From Sminthopsis crassicaudata (lineage: Eukaryota): 64,000 nucleotides of DNA. Location of the stretch: the NCBI RefSeq assembly GCF_048593235.1, contig NC_133618.1, positions 623,118,889 through 623,182,888 on the forward strand. The letters are read 5' to 3'. The notes under the pieces were generated by a model. That model had not been told where the DNA came from. It saw only the letters and a list, made by a program, of their open reading frames with translations, and made no database searches. Position 1 is the stretch's first letter, and each line of letters starts with the position of its first letter. Of this stretch, positions 25,141 through 39,083 are shown in pieces. A program made the position numbers and the translations under genes.

Positions 25141-26133
25141 TTGCCAAGATTAAGAAAATAATGGATAAAGACAGAATTTGAGCCCAGGATGTCTGATTAC
25201 AAAGGCACAGCTAGTCCTTTCCATGTCTGAGCACTGAGAGGTTAAGTGCTCAGCGGTTACTCAAATGCTTAACACAGTGCTTGGCATGTAATTGGTGCTT
25301 ATTAAAGGTTTGTGGCTTGATTGAACACAGGTCTTGAAGCTGTCTATCCACTATACCAGGCTGCTTCTTATTAGGTGCCCTTATACCCCAGTTATCATGG
25401 AAATAGTTCACAGATTGTGTACCTTGGGGCAGGACTGCTGTTTTCTCATTCTGAAATTAACTTGGCACATTTGTGTTCAGCTGCTGTAAGAGTTTAGGAC
25501 TAAGGGTATGATGTGATTGGACAGGTGGGCAGCTGGGGAGATGCCCACAATTAAGGCTCTTCAAGGGCAGCCAGCATTTATAGTGGCAAGGGTTATTCTG
25601 TCATGGGAGCTGCCCTTTCTGCCTCTCACAAACAGCATTATTGACAAGAAGGCGAACTATAAGTGTTTGTGTGGTCCCAAGTGGTCATTTCAAAGCAAAT
25701 TTTGAAATAGCCAGTGTCTTACTTTCATAATGAGTATCTACACATGCTAGAGATTGTCAAGACAAGTGTTGAAGAAAAAAATACTGTTATTTCTCTGTTT
25801 TGGTCACAGTTCTATCATAAACAATGTATTCATTGAGCATTATTCTAGAGTGGAACATTATTCTAAAGTCAACTATTATACTCCCTGGAGAAAAAGGCTT
25901 AAATTAGTAGAGGCCATGAATGCTCTTGGATATATCCCTAACACAAGACATTTGGAAGTTACTTTTATTTTTATTTTATTATTATTATAATTATTATTTG
26001 TGAGGCAAATGGAATTAATTGACTTGTCCAGGGTCACACAGCTAGGCAGTACTGTGTCTGAGGATATATTTGAAGTCAATTCCTCCTGACTCCAGCACTG
26101 TATCATTTAGTTGCCTCCTTGGAGTTACTTCTT

Positions 26134-26442
26134 TTAAATTAAAGCTTTTTATTTTCAAAATATATACATGGATAATTTTTGACATTCACCCCAACAAATT
26201 TTCCCCCCTCCCTTCCTCCCCTCCCCTAGTTGGCAAGTGATCTAGTATATGTTAAACATGTACAATTCCTCTATACATATTTCTACAAATATCATGCTGC
26301 ACAAGAAAAATCAAATCCAAAAGAAAAAAAATGAGAAAGAAAACAAAATGCAAGCAAACAACAATTAAAAGAGTGAGAAATACTATATTGTGGTCCATAT
26401 TCAGTTCCCACTGTCCCTTCCCTGGATGCAGATGACTCTTAA
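26134..26442 (-). mobile_element. L1 3'UTR insertion
   Basis: aaagctttttattttcaaaatatatacatgg family. Imperfect TSD agttactt(c/t)tt at about 26123 and 26443. Confidence 0.8.
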
Positions 26443-27261
26443 AGTTACTTTTTATCCAAGAATACTGAACCAGAAAAATGTTATAATATTATAAAACACA
26501 TTACTCCTAGTAATGAAATAGTAGTCACTTAATCTTTCCTGAATACTCCCTGGAGAAAAACAATGCATCCTTTTTTGACCCTTTCCAGTGTAATCAAAGG
26601 GACTTCCTTCCTCCCCCTAATGTAAATTTCTTCTGGCCAGAATTAGTGCCTTAAGTGGGCCCTGCCATCCTTTAAGGGGATGGGGAAGGCCAAGATCACA
26701 CCCTATACCGGAGGTATTCCCCCTTAAACTTGCTTACCCATTTCCATTTTCTGGACCTGGTCTTTGTTCTTGACTTTTTACTCACCTTCCTAAAATTCAA
26801 CTTAACAAACATTTATTAAAAGAAAGGTTTTGACCTGAGGGGAAGAATTTTATCAGAGGGTATTATTTCCTAAAAAAAATTAAGTCCTGATTAACTTTCT
26901 TCCTTATAGGTAACAGTATTGTTCAGAAAATATTATTCAACTGAAAAAGAAGAGATATTTTTATTGTTCTTCCACATAAGAAAGGGTTAATTCAACAAAC
27001 ATTTATTGGGTTTTCAATATATACCTGGTCCTGGGACACAAAGGTGAATTAAAAAACAGTCCCTTTTTCACTTTTTCAAAGGGTAATCTGTAGGGGAGAT
27101 CAGAGGCACACACAAAAACCATCCTATAAGGAAAACTTTGGAGCAGGAGATGCTAAAAACAATGTTGTGGGGGTTTTAAGGAAAAGGCCTATTCAGATAG
27201 ATGGGACAGTGGATTTTTGCTAGACTTGGGAGCCAGGTAAATCAAATCCATCCTCTATGTC

Positions 27262-27440
27262 CCAGCTTCTTAAACTGTGGGTCTCCACTCCATAAGGAGT
27301 CTCATAACTGATTATGGGATCATGAAATTATGATTTCTTATTAGTAAATGATTATTTATCTGTTACATATACTTATCTATTTGAGGTCACATAAAATTTC
27401 TTGGGGAAAAAAGGATCATAAATGGAAAGTTTATGTAGCT
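27262..27440. mobile_element. Old CpG-decayed hAT-Charlie MITE
   Basis: cagcttcttaaactgtgggtc...gaaagtttatgtagctg, degenerate inverted ends. Confidence 0.5.
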
Positions 27441-28476
27441 GCGTCACACTAGCTATAATTATATCCTGTTAAGAGAATCAGACTCAAAATCTGGTCATTC
27501 AGCTTGTTCCCAGTTCTGAGGATCCTCAGTTTTTTTGGTTTTTTTTTTTTCTTTCCCACTAGGACTATTTGTCTATCCAATATACCTCTGCATCACCTAG
27601 CCACTATCTGCAGGAGAAATAGGTTTAGACTACCTCCAGGAGCTCAGCTTTCTGATCCAGCTAATAAGTGTCAGGGATGGAAACTGAGCTTTTCTATCTC
27701 CAAGCTTAGCACTCTCTCCCTTGGCACACTGCCTGTCTATTAACATATCTTTTTACAAGGATAGGGCTGCTGTTTCAGCTGCTAAATGAGGTTCTCTGTT
27801 TTTTAGATGCCCTTAGGAGAAAGACTGAAGCAAATGGCCCTTTGGCAGAGGGAGAGAGAGATTAACTGAACAGTAGTTTGAATTGAAGCCAAACTCTCAT
27901 TTCAGTGGCACTGACCTGTTTCGCCTCTCAAAAGACTCCTTTTCTTTCTTGTTTTGCTCTCTGCCCTTCCTTTGAGCTGGCAGGTTACTAATGATATGAA
28001 AGCTCCTGTCTCGAGCCAAATGCTGGTTTCAACTTCCCCATCTTTTCTGGCCATTCATTTGGAAGGTGTAGGAATGGGTGAAATCCCATTGGACTGAACT
28101 CTCCAGTAATGATTGGATTGCATCAAGGTTAGAATGGTTAGTTATAGCATCTGTTGGGCTGTGCAAATGTGTTGGGCAGAAAGTTGGCAAGTTTGTAGAA
28201 GCTGAAAGTCATTTCTTCTAAGTGTGGAGACAAGGATGAACTATTCATACAGTAGCTGTCATGGAAACGCTATTTGGAATGCATTTATTTAACTCAGGCA
28301 TGATTAAAATTTTTTGACTTAAAAAAGAGGGGAAATAAAAATCCCAGAACCTGGGCAGGAAGAACAACTTTGAATTCATCATTTTTCAGGGCAAATAATA
28401 GGCCAATAGAATTACCTTGCCTAAATTCATAATTTGGTATATAGAGAAAAAGACTGATTGTAGAAAACTTGCATTC

Positions 28477-28695
28477 NNNNNNNNNNNNNNNNNNNNNNNN
28501 NNNNNNNNNNNNNNNNNNNNNNNNNNNNNNNNNNNNNNNNNNNNNNNNNNNNNNNNNNNNNNNNNNNNNNNNNNNNNNNNNNNNNNNNNNNNNNNNNNNN
28601 NNNNNNNNNNNNNNNNNNNNNNNNNNNNNNNNNNNNNNNNNNNNNNNNNNNNNNNNNNNNNNNNNNNNNNNNNNNNNNNNNNNNNNNNNNNNNNN
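28477..28695. other. Assembly gap
   Basis: 219 N. Confidence 1.
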
Positions 28696-28872
28696 GGTTA
28701 AGTGACTTTCTCAGGGTCATATAGCTAGTATCTCAGGTTTGATTTGAACTCAGATCCTAAGGGTATTCTATCCACTGCACTACCTAATGTGCCCCACCCC
28801 CATTCCTTTTTCATATGAGGTAAGTATGTCCCTCAACTTCTGTTCTGTCCCTCCCTCCTCCCTGCCCCCCCT

Positions 28873-28932
<60 letters not shown>
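28873..28932. repeat. (CT)n(CA)n compound microsatellite
   Basis: Read directly from the sequence. Confidence 0.95.
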
Positions 28933-28935
<3 letters not shown>

Positions 28936-30289
28936 ATTTCTATATGTACTTACTTCTATTTCAGTTTTTTTTCTCTGGATTCAAATAGCATCTTCCTTCA
29001 TATGTCCTTTGTAGATAAGGTACCCCCAAAAAACCCCTCTGTTCTCTGCTATGAAGGATCAGCTGTAGATGGGTAAAAGCTAGCAGACATTTTCTCTATA
29101 TCCCTCTAAAGCACTTTACATGTATTTACATGCATGATTGTTTCCCACTTGGCTACACTCCTTAGGGTTTCCCCATAATGCTACCCCATTATCCTACAAG
29201 ATTACATTAGCCTTTGTAGGCATACCTCATCGGTACCTTCTTTCCCCCTAAAGCCCATCTGATTGGGGAACTCTCTAAATCTCCACTTAAGAAGAATGCC
29301 CAAACTAGCATCTCCTCATTTCTTTATGCTGCTTTGGATTTCTTGATCTGTGTGCCTTTTTAGCTTCTCTTGAATTAGATTGTAAACTCCTTGAAGTCAG
29401 AGACTTTTCTTTTTTTCTACATTTGTATCCCCAAATTTTCATGCAATGTCTGGAAATAGTAGGTACTTAATTGGTGTTTACTTAGTATCTCATTTGTTAT
29501 TCGAAACAATCCTGTCACAATAGTCCTGTGAGGGACATACTGCATAGGAATATCTCCTATAGGAGTCTTTGGGTCTACTCATGGCCACTCAGCTCTTAAG
29601 CTTTAGAGATACCATTCCAGTGCATGTTTCTTGCCCTGCATTTGCTCAGAACCAAAGGCAGAGATGGAAGAGGTTTCAGGAAAAGCACTCCAAGTACATT
29701 TTCACTGCCCTGATGCTTGTGAGACTGAGAGGAAAGGCTGATCGACAGACTTGAAATAGAAAGCAGAACCTGCCGAGAAGTTGGGAAATCTGAACAAATG
29801 TGATGGGCGGGAATCATAGAGGTGGCAGGATTCTGGGGCTTGCTGGTAATCATAATCTTCATGCTTTTCTTTTTTCAGATGAAGGAACTGAGGTTGAGAA
29901 GTGAAATCATAAGCCTCCAGTCATCCAGCTGATTGGTGACAGACTCAGAATTCTAGCTCAGCTCTCCGGGCTCCAAATACCAGTTCTACGATTTATTGCT
30001 GTTTAACCTTGGGTAAGTCACTTTTCTGGGCTTCAGCCTCTTTATCCATGTAACGCTCTATTATAGCAATTAGCTTCCTTTAGTCCTGGGGCACCCTTCT
30101 GCCTATAAAATTGGAGTTTTAAACTAGAATCTAGATAACTTATAGATTAAACTCCATGAACCTGTTCCATGTTAGACACTACTGGGATAACCTTTCATTC
30201 CCTTTGATTTTGGATATTAAAAGACCCCCATTTCATTCTTGGTTCTTCCTCAAAAAGGCAGTTTCTTGAAATGAGCAAAACCAAGAGAT

Positions 30290-30600
30290 CATTATATTCA
30301 GCAATAAAAAGACTATACAATGATCAATTCTGATGGATGTGGCTCTCTTCAACACTGAGATGATTCAAAACAGTTCCAGTTGTTCAGTTCTGAAGAGAGC
30401 CATCTACAATCAAAGAGAGGACCATGGGAATTGAGTGTGGACCACAACATAGCATTCTCACTCTTTCTGTTGTTGTATGTTTGTATTTTGCTTTCTTTCC
30501 CAGCTTTTTTTTTCCCTTCTTGACTTGTGCAGCAAGATAATTGTATAAATATGTATACATATATTGGATTTAACAATATATTTTAACATATTTTTAAAAA
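30290..30600 (+). mobile_element. L1 3'UTR fragment
   Basis: gactatacaatgatcaattctgatggatgtggctctcttcaac...ggatttaacaatatatttta. Confidence 0.75.
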
Positions 30601-30946
30601 GGTAGTTTCCTCTAATTTAAAAATGTTAGAATCAAATCATTTCAATAAACACATATTAAACACTTACAGTATGCTAGGCACTGTACCAAATGTAAAATAC
30701 TGTGCCTTAAAGGCTTTGAGTATAAGGGAATGCATGAAACGGTGTATAGAAGGGTATAGCAGAAATATTGGGAGTCAGGCACTGGATTCAATCTTAGCTC
30801 TGTCACTCACCTGCCCTAGGTGACCTACTTGCATTTTTCAAACAGTCAACAAGCATGTTCTGAGTACTTAGTAGTAGTCCTTGTAGCTGCTGAGTATACA
30901 AATAGAAAGAATTAAAGAATGCCTCTCCCCAAACAGCACACATTTT

Positions 30947-31810
30947 TTTTAATCAATGCAAAAAGTCTTTATTTTATAATTATAACTTTTTTTTGACAGT
31001 ACATATGCATGGGTAATTTTTTATAACATTATCCCTTGCACTTACTTCTGTTCAGATTTTTTCCCTTCCTCCCCCAACCCCCTCCCCCAGATGGCAAGCA
31101 GTCTTATACATGTTAAATATATTACAGTATACTCTAGATACAATATATGTGTGTAGAACCAAATTTCTTGTTGCACAGGAAGAATTGGATTCAGAAGGTA
31201 AAAATAACAGTTTACACTCATTTCCCAGTGTTCTTTTTCTGGATGTAGCTGATTCTGTCCATCATTAATCAATTGGAATTGGATTAGCTCTTCTCTATGT
31301 TGAAGAAATCCACTTCCATCAGTATACATCCTCGTACAGTATCATTGTTGAAGTGTATAATGATCTTCTGGGTCTGCTCGTTTCACTCAGCATCAGTTGA
31401 TGTAAGTCTCTCCAAGCCTCTCTGTATTTCTCCTGTTGGTCATTTCTTACAGAACAATAATATTCCACAACATTCATATACCATAATTTACCCAACCATT
31501 CTCCAATTGATGGACATCCATTCATTTTCCAGCTTCTAGCCACTATGAAAAGAGCTGCCACAAACATTTTGGCACATACAGGTCCCTTTCCCTTCTTTAG
31601 TATTTCCTTGGGATATAAGCCCAGTAGTAGTATGGCTGGGTCAAAGGGTATGCACATTTTGATAACTTTTTGGGCATAATTCCAGATTGCTCTCCAGAAT
31701 GGTTGGATTCTTTCACAACTCCACCAACAATGCATCAGTGTCCCAGTTTTCCCACAGCCCCTCCAACATTCATCATTATTTGTTCCTGTCATCTTAGCCA
31801 ATCTGACAGG
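30947..31810 (-). mobile_element. 5'-truncated L1 (ORF2 C-terminal Cys-rich region plus 3'UTR)
   Basis: ORF 31319-31846 (PVRLAKMTG...CWRGCGKTGTLMHCWW). Perfect 16-bp TSD aaacagcacacatttt at 30931-30946 and 31811-31826, followed by AA. Confidence 0.97.
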
Positions 31811-32529
31811 AAACAGCACACATTTTAATGGGGAAGACAAACACATATATAATATACTTTTATCATATAGAATGTATAAAGCACATATACATTACATATA
31901 ACATAATATCAGTATATAATAGATATTACATTAATATAATAATTATATATTGTATTATATAGAATAAATATAAAGCATATACGTAGTTGCTGAGCCTTAA
32001 AGGTAGAATTCCAAAAGTCAAAAGCAGAAAGAGAATACCTTGTATCAGGAACAGCAAATGACTTCCCTGCTGTGCTTTTAAGAAGCCATCAATGAGGCTC
32101 AGATTCCTTGAGTCACCCCCATTAAAGTAAAGCCTGCAGTCAAGAACAAAGCTCCTTTTTTAGTGAGGATTAGTTAATTAATAATTTGGTTCAGATTCCC
32201 CTCTCATATCCACAATTGAGTAAAAAATGCAGTCTTTTTGAGCAATCTGCTTTTTACTATAACTATCTTGCTCTCTAAGATCCAAAGGTATTAAGGAAAT
32301 GTTTAAAGAGAGAAAATGGTATAGCAAACTTTTTTCCCTCTCTAACCAAAAGTTAATCTGAAAGGGACCTAAGTAAGTAAGCACGGGAACTGAAACTCTT
32401 TCAAAATCTTTGTAACTGGAAAAAAAATAAGATTGAATTTTTGAATACCATTGGGTCTCCTTCCTCTAGGGACTTGCCTTGGGGAAGTGAAATCCTGAAA
32501 CTGAGCTGTATCAAAGAGTGTTCTTGGTA

Positions 32530-33180
32530 GACACAGTCTACCCTACCTACTTCTGTGTTTATCATTCCCTTCAATTTACTGTAATATGATTTTAATCTCT
32601 GTCATTCTATTGAAACTGCTCTTCAAGGTCATTGTTAACTTCTTAATTCTCAAATCCAAAAGTCTTTTCTAGGTCTCCTTTCTCCATGATAAGTCTGTAG
32701 CTTTTGGTATTTACTAAATTACTCATTTTACTTAATATTCTCTTTTCATTTAACTTTCCCAACTCCTCCCCATTGATTTCTCTTAATAAATGCTCCCTTC
32801 CTTTTAAACATGGGTATTCCCCAAAGTTCTGTCCTTGGTCCCTTTCCCTTTCTTGATACTCTGACCTTCGGCAGCCCCCAAAGTTCATTTCTGTGCAGAT
32901 GACTTCCAAATCTTTATTTCCAGACTCAAACTCTTTCTTGGGTTGTGAATCCACATTTCTGTCATCTGATTGGGTGTTTTCACTTCTTTGTCTTAAAGTG
33001 AGCATGGCCAAGGCTGAGTTCCTCTAAAGACTTCTCACTTTCTATTAATGGGTCCCAGGATTCAGTCAGTTGGCTGCACTTTAGATTTCAAAGTCATTTC
33101 TAATTCTATTCTCTTTCTTCTTTTCTAATTAATAGCTAAGTGCTGGTATTTTTTCTCCTTAGATCCTCTCTGTTATCACT
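32530..33180 (+). mobile_element. L2 ORF2 RT remnant
   Basis: cattctattgaaactgctcttcaaggtcattg = HSTETAL.KV motif of the L2/CR1 RT. Confidence 0.7.
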
Positions 33181-33395
33181 ATAGTCTCTATCCTTATTTT
33201 TGTACACATGCAAATTTGTATGGGTCTGTCTATGTGTCTCTCTGTTTCCCTGTGTCTGTGTCTGAGTCTTGTTTCTCTCTTTCTTTATCTCTATCTCTCT
33301 CTGTCTTTCTCTTCTGTCTCCCTGTGTCTATTTCTCTCCACTTCTCCTTCTTCCCTTCCTCTATTCCTCCTCTCTCTCTCCCTCTTTTCCCCCCT

Positions 33396-33548
33396 NNNNN
33401 NNNNNNNNNNNNNNNNNNNNNNNNNNNNNNNNNNNNNNNNNNNNNNNNNNNNNNNNNNNNNNNNNNNNNNNNNNNNNNNNNNNNNNNNNNNNNNNNNNNN
33501 NNNNNNNNNNNNNNNNNNNNNNNNNNNNNNNNNNNNNNNNNNNNNNNN
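33396..33548. other. Assembly gap after a CT-rich tract
   Basis: 153 N. Confidence 1.
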
Positions 33549-33829
33549 AGGTTATTGTAGTAGAGGAGACAGATAGTTATAGAGAGATTGATAGCCTCTA
33601 CTACAATAAACTGTACTGGAAAGTGACTTAGATGGATGTGTTGAGCCCAGAGTTCAAATCTTGCCTCTTACATTTACTAATAATATGGTTTTGGTCAAGT
33701 CGTTTCTCATTTCCAAACCTGTTTCACAAGGCAAACAGCAAGGTTATATGTGCTTTGTCAACCTTAAAGTGTGATTTAAATGTTATCTATTGTTTAACCT
33801 AACCAGTTTCCCAGATTCTAGTCGAATGT

Positions 33830-34370
33830 GTATGAATCATTTACTACATGCCAGACACTGTACTAAGGCCTGGGGATACAAAGAGAGACAAAAGACAGTC
33901 CTTGGCTTCAAGGAGCTCACACTCTAAAGTGCAAACAAATAAATATCAATAGAAAATGATCATCAGAGGGAAGGCACTAGAATTAAGAGGGGTTAGGGAA
34001 AGTTTCTAGGAAAAAAAAGAGATTTTAGTTGGGATTTAAAGGAAGCCAGAGAAGCTATGGGCAGAGATAAAAAGAGAGGAGATCATTCAAAACTTGGGAG
34101 ATAGCCAGAGAAAATATCTGGAGCCTAGAGATGGGGAATCTTGTTTCAGTAAGAGGCTGGAGGCCAGTGGTACTGGCTGAAGATGTAAAGGGGAATAAGC
34201 TATAAGAAGATTAACAAGGTATTAGGGAACTAGATTGTGAAAAGCTTTGAATGTTAAATAGAGCATTTTATGTTTGATCCTGGAGCTATAGGGAGCCTCA
34301 GGAGTTTATTAAATAGAGGAGTAAGAGTTGGACTTGTGCTTTAGGAAAGTCACTTCAGTGACATCCAAAC
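33830..34370 (-). mobile_element. L2 3' fragment
   Basis: catttactacatgccagacactgtactaagg...agtccttggcttcaaggagctcacactcta. Confidence 0.7.
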
Positions 34371-34829
34371 TTCCTTCCAGTCCCAGTTATTTATTTTTTC
34401 CCCACTATTTCTAGATTCATTTTCCTTATTCTAAGGATTGTAATGTGATTCCTTTATTCATATGAAGGCAGTAGCAATAATTATAATATTTAGGACTTTA
34501 CAATTTACAGAACAATCTCACAAGTTTTGTTACCAAATACTCAAACAACTTGATAGCTAGTTAGCATAGGTACTTTTTAAAAATGATTTTGTTTCTAAAA
34601 AGTTTTATTGATGTTTAAAAAAAATAATACCAATTTTCAAATATACACTTTCTTTGCAACATAGTTGGGAAGGGCTATTCAAAATCAGCTGAGAAATAAA
34701 TGCAGCATTCCACCCCCATAATTTATTCTCCCTTCTCATTAACCCCATCCCCAGTTCTCCAATGGAAAGAATAAAGTATCTTTCCTTATATCATCCTAAT
34801 ATTTTTGAATACTGGAAAAGCTTAAGAAA

Positions 34830-35030
34830 TCGCAGGCTAGATGATGGTACAGTTTATATGAAGGTGGATCCCTAAAGTTGTCATTAATGACTCTGTATCA
34901 ATTTGGAAGATCTTCAGTGGAGTGCCAAGGGATCTGTATTTGACCTTAATGATGTTTTAACATTATTTTCAGTGACTTAGATAAAGGCATAGATGCCATG
35001 CATCTTAAATTTATAGATGGTGACAGGGTA
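34830..35030 (+). mobile_element. L3/CR1 RT core remnant
   Basis: agtggagtgccaagggatctgtatttgacc = SGVPQGSVLGP-like; ttaaatttatagatg = KFADD-like. Confidence 0.75.
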
Positions 35031-36847
35031 AGAGACATGGCTAGCACTGGCTCATAGGATTCGAAAAAATCTTGATGTATCAGAACATAATAAAGACCTG
35101 AGCTTCTTCCCCTGACACTTAGCTGTGTGGTCCTGGACAAGTTATAATGTCTCTACCTCAATTTCCCCATCTGTAAAATATGGATAATAATAGTATCTAC
35201 CCCATAGAGTTATTGGGAGAGTAAAATGTAGTGATTTATAAATCATATTTCAAACTTTAACTTATTACATAAATCTGAACTATCATTGCTGCTATTATTA
35301 ATATGATAAAATTGAATGAGGATAAATATAAAATCATATACCTAGTGTTGAAAAGTTTTTGAGTTCTTATGTACAAGGCTGGGAGAACTGTCATTAGATA
35401 ACATTTTTTTCTGGAAAAACAAGACCAAAATCTGATCATATTGATGGATTACAAAGGCAGTAGGTCAACAGTGAATTATAGCAGTCCCTGAACATGATGC
35501 TATGAAAAGAGCACTAAGCGAAATGTCAGGAGATGTGGATTGTGGTTGTGGCAGTACTTAGCTCTCCTGTATAACCACTTAACCTCTACAATTTCCTTTC
35601 CTCCTTTATGAAATCATAGGGCAGGGTTGGACTGGGTAATATCCAAGGTACTTTACAGCTCAAAAATCTGTAATTCTGGAATTTTGCTAAAATTTCCCCT
35701 GTGGGCCCACTCTTCCAATGTTCATTCTTTTCAGTTTCAGGTCCCCAGAGGGTGGCAGCTACTATAATTGCAATTAATGGAAACTAAGCAGTTCATGATC
35801 TTTAAACAAATATTTATTTATTTATTTATTTTTGCTGAAGCAATTGGGCTTAAGTGACTTATTCAGGGTCACACAGCTAGAAAGTATTAAGTGTCTTAGG
35901 CTGGATTTGAACTCAGGGTCTCCTGACTTCAGGGCCATTGTATGTTCCAATTTTTTAAAAAGGAGAGGGTAAAGAAGGATGATGTCTTCAAACTTTAGAT
36001 TGGTGGGTTTTGATTACTGCCCAGATTCTAGAACCTAATATTAGAGGTCTGGTTTATAAACATTTACAAAGAGAATTAAACAGGAAGTTTGATTAAGGAC
36101 AAGTTACCTTGTCAGGCTAATCCACTTTTTTTTTTTTTTTTTTTTGACAGGACTAATATTAGACTTAGAGGTCAGGGGAATGATAGAGAAACAGTGTAAT
36201 AAAAGTGTTCATCAGTTTCCCATAGATGAGATGTCAGTATGTGGACCTCCATCTTCATGGTCTGTTTTCAAACATTGTCACTGGCACCCACTATCACCAT
36301 GACAATTTAGGATTTGCTCAGTCTGAATCTTTGATCAACATAGTTTGATATTCTACAAGCTCAGGCTCATTTGACTCTTAGACACCCAGTAGGTCCTCTG
36401 ATTTTGTAGAAGGCTTTCTATTGGGATTCTTTCTAGCATTCTGTATCAGTCCTTCATCTAAATGATCATCACTTCATCCTTCTTTCAAGAGAGGATAGGA
36501 TAAAAAAGAATACCCAGTTTCATTAAAGGTTTTTCCATTATCCTGAAAGAAGAATAATTTGAAAGTCTGCTTTCAAAATTTATAAAGGACCATAGCTTTC
36601 CTACATAAACCAAATTCACACAGGACAATTCAGGATTGGAGAAGCCAGATAAAGGTGGGGACTGATCCTGGAGAGGCCAGTGGTCATGATTCCATTCTGT
36701 GTGGAAAATGTTAAAGGTGGACCTTAAGATGAATGTGAATGTATGATTGAATGAATGAAGCCAGGAACTGTACTAAACATGGGATACAATTACACAAAGG
36801 AAAGGGTATCTCTATTCTCTGGGATCTTACATTCAAGTGAAGAATCT

Positions 36848-37110
36848 TCTCTCTCTCACCCCCCTTCCCCCTCTCTTTCTCTCACTCCCTTTTTCTGTCT
36901 CTCCCTACTTCCCTCCTTTCCTTCCTTCTTTCCTCCTTTCCTCCCTCTCTTTCTCTCTCCCTTTTCCCCCCTCCCTCTCCCTCCTTTGGTCTCACTTTCT
37001 CTATCTCTCTCTCCCTCTCCCTCTCCCTGTCTCTCCCTCTCCTTTTCTCTATCCTTCCTTCCTTCCTCCTTCCCTTCCTTCTTCCCTCTCTCCTCCCTTT
37101 TCCCACTCTG
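36848..37110. repeat. Polypyrimidine (CT/CCT/TTCC) low-complexity tract
   Basis: About 260 bp almost purely C/T. Confidence 0.9.
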
Positions 37111-37231
37111 GCTCCTATTTTTACATATATGCACATCATTCAGAATTTCACCATTTGCTGTAACAGATGATGTGGTGCTGGCTGATGGTACCTGTGTTTT
37201 CTTGGTTCACTTTCCAGGAATGTATACATTG

Positions 37232-37780
37232 ATAATAAGAGGATGACATACACATTGCCAGAGCTAGCTCAGTATTAGGGAGGTTCCAAAGAGTGTGGGA
37301 GAGGAGAGGTATTAGACTGACTATCAAACTGAAGGTCTACAGAGCCATTGCACTGACCTCATTGTTGTATGTCTATGATACCTGGACAGCGTACCAATGC
37401 CGCACCAGGAAATAGAATCACTTCCATTTGAATTGTTTAAGATCACCTGGCAAGAGAAGATATCAGACACTGAGGTTCTTTCTCAAACTAAACTGCCAAG
37501 CATTGCAACTCTTCTGTAGAGAGCACAGCTCCATTGGGCTGGTCACATTGTTTGAATGCCAAATGGAAGCTTGTCGAAAAGATTACTTTATGGAGAACTC
37601 ACATTTGGTAGGCATTCATAAGATAGAAAAGTGATACAGGTCTCTTTTAAGAACTTTAGAACTGATTGTATAATATGGGACACACTGGCACAGGACTGTC
37701 CAGCATGGCGTGCCCTCATCAGAGAAGGTGCTGGGCTTTCTGAGCAAGGCAAATTGAATTAGCTCAGAAGAAACACAACA
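37232..37780 (+). mobile_element. RTE-clade LINE (marsupial RTE1-type) 3' ORF remnant
   Basis: Degenerate KLKVYRA, ITWQ.KI.DTEVL, QLHWAGH.V.M and YGEL motifs of the RTE ORF C-terminus. Confidence 0.85.
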
Positions 37781-39047
37781 AGTACAAAGTTAGAGAAGCC
37801 CCCCCCAAATATTTATAGGGACTATTTCTGTCCGACTGTGGCAGAGCATCCCGAGCTCATATTGGTCTGATCAGTCAGTTGGATACACTGCAGTGCAACT
37901 CTAACCTAATGATGTCATCTTGGTCTCCTTCAAGAACTAAGGACAACAACCAACCAGCCATATCTATAAAGATATATGTATATATTAAATTATATACTAT
38001 ATATACTATTATAAAAGGGAATATTTTATTTATATTCTAATATATTATGTAGACTATATAATATGTAAATTATATTTATATTCTCTCTATTATGATACAT
38101 ATGGGAGCAGTGACCTAAGATCAAAGATCAAAATCACTTTAATTTGGAAAGTTACCAGTATGGTGAATGGTGCCATTTTTTGGAATCTATTACAGTTAGA
38201 GGAGCAATATTAGAGTTGATTCAGTCATGGAACCTGAACTTGGGGTGGGGGGAATAGTTTGACTGGCAAGATAGTAAGATGGTTGGAGAATGAGTGAAGC
38301 ATGACTAGGTTTTGGTAATTCTGGTGAAGTACAAATATTGTTCCATTGTGTAGTGCTAGTGTATGACTTGTAGGAAAAAGGGAACCAGGTGAGCTCTAAG
38401 GTTCCTCTGGTAGTAATGTTTTATACTCTGTAATGTATAGTTATCAATGGATTTTTGTCATTTTGTTTTTGTTGGTTAAATTGCACCCTCCATACTTGAA
38501 ATACCCTCTTCTTCACCTTTGCCTTCAAGAATTCTTAGCTTCGTCAAAACTCATCTCTTACATGCCTTCTTTCTTTATTAATACCTGTCTTTCCCCCAAC
38601 TTCTACTTAGAAAATATCAACTTGTATTTACTTTGTCTTTTTTTATATGTAGTTCCATGTATACATGTTATTTGTATTGTAAACTCCTTGAGGACAGAGA
38701 CTGTTTAATTTTTGTCTTTGTATCTATACTGCCTAGCATACAGTAAGTGTTTAATAAATGGTTATTGATTAATCTATTTGATGTTTGTTTCCTTCATAAA
38801 GGACAATCAATTGCTTAAGTGCTTACTGTATGTTAGGCACTGTGCTAAGTCCTTTGGGATGTAACAAAATGCAAAAACCTGCCCTCCAGAAGCTCTCATT
38901 CTAATGGAGCAGACAGCATGCAAACAATTGCTCATACACAATATGCACAAGAGATGGATGGTAGTATAATTTTTGAATGATTGTGACAGACAACCATTGG
39001 CCCACCTGAATACCACAACCTTGTACTTATGTTTGATTTCTTGGCAG

Positions 39048-39083
39048 ATTGGCTCACAGGCCCCCACAGAGCTGCTGATCAGG
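39048..39083 (+). other. RASSF4: RASSF4 exon 2, 5'UTR part
   Basis: Acceptor gatttcttggcag| at 39047/39048; no upstream ATG before 39084. Confidence 0.8.

Noticed and set aside
36755-37246. 163-aa and other overlapping ORFs (also 10780-11079, 33208-33631)
   Set aside because: Produced by stop-free CT/GA low-complexity tracts or N gaps.
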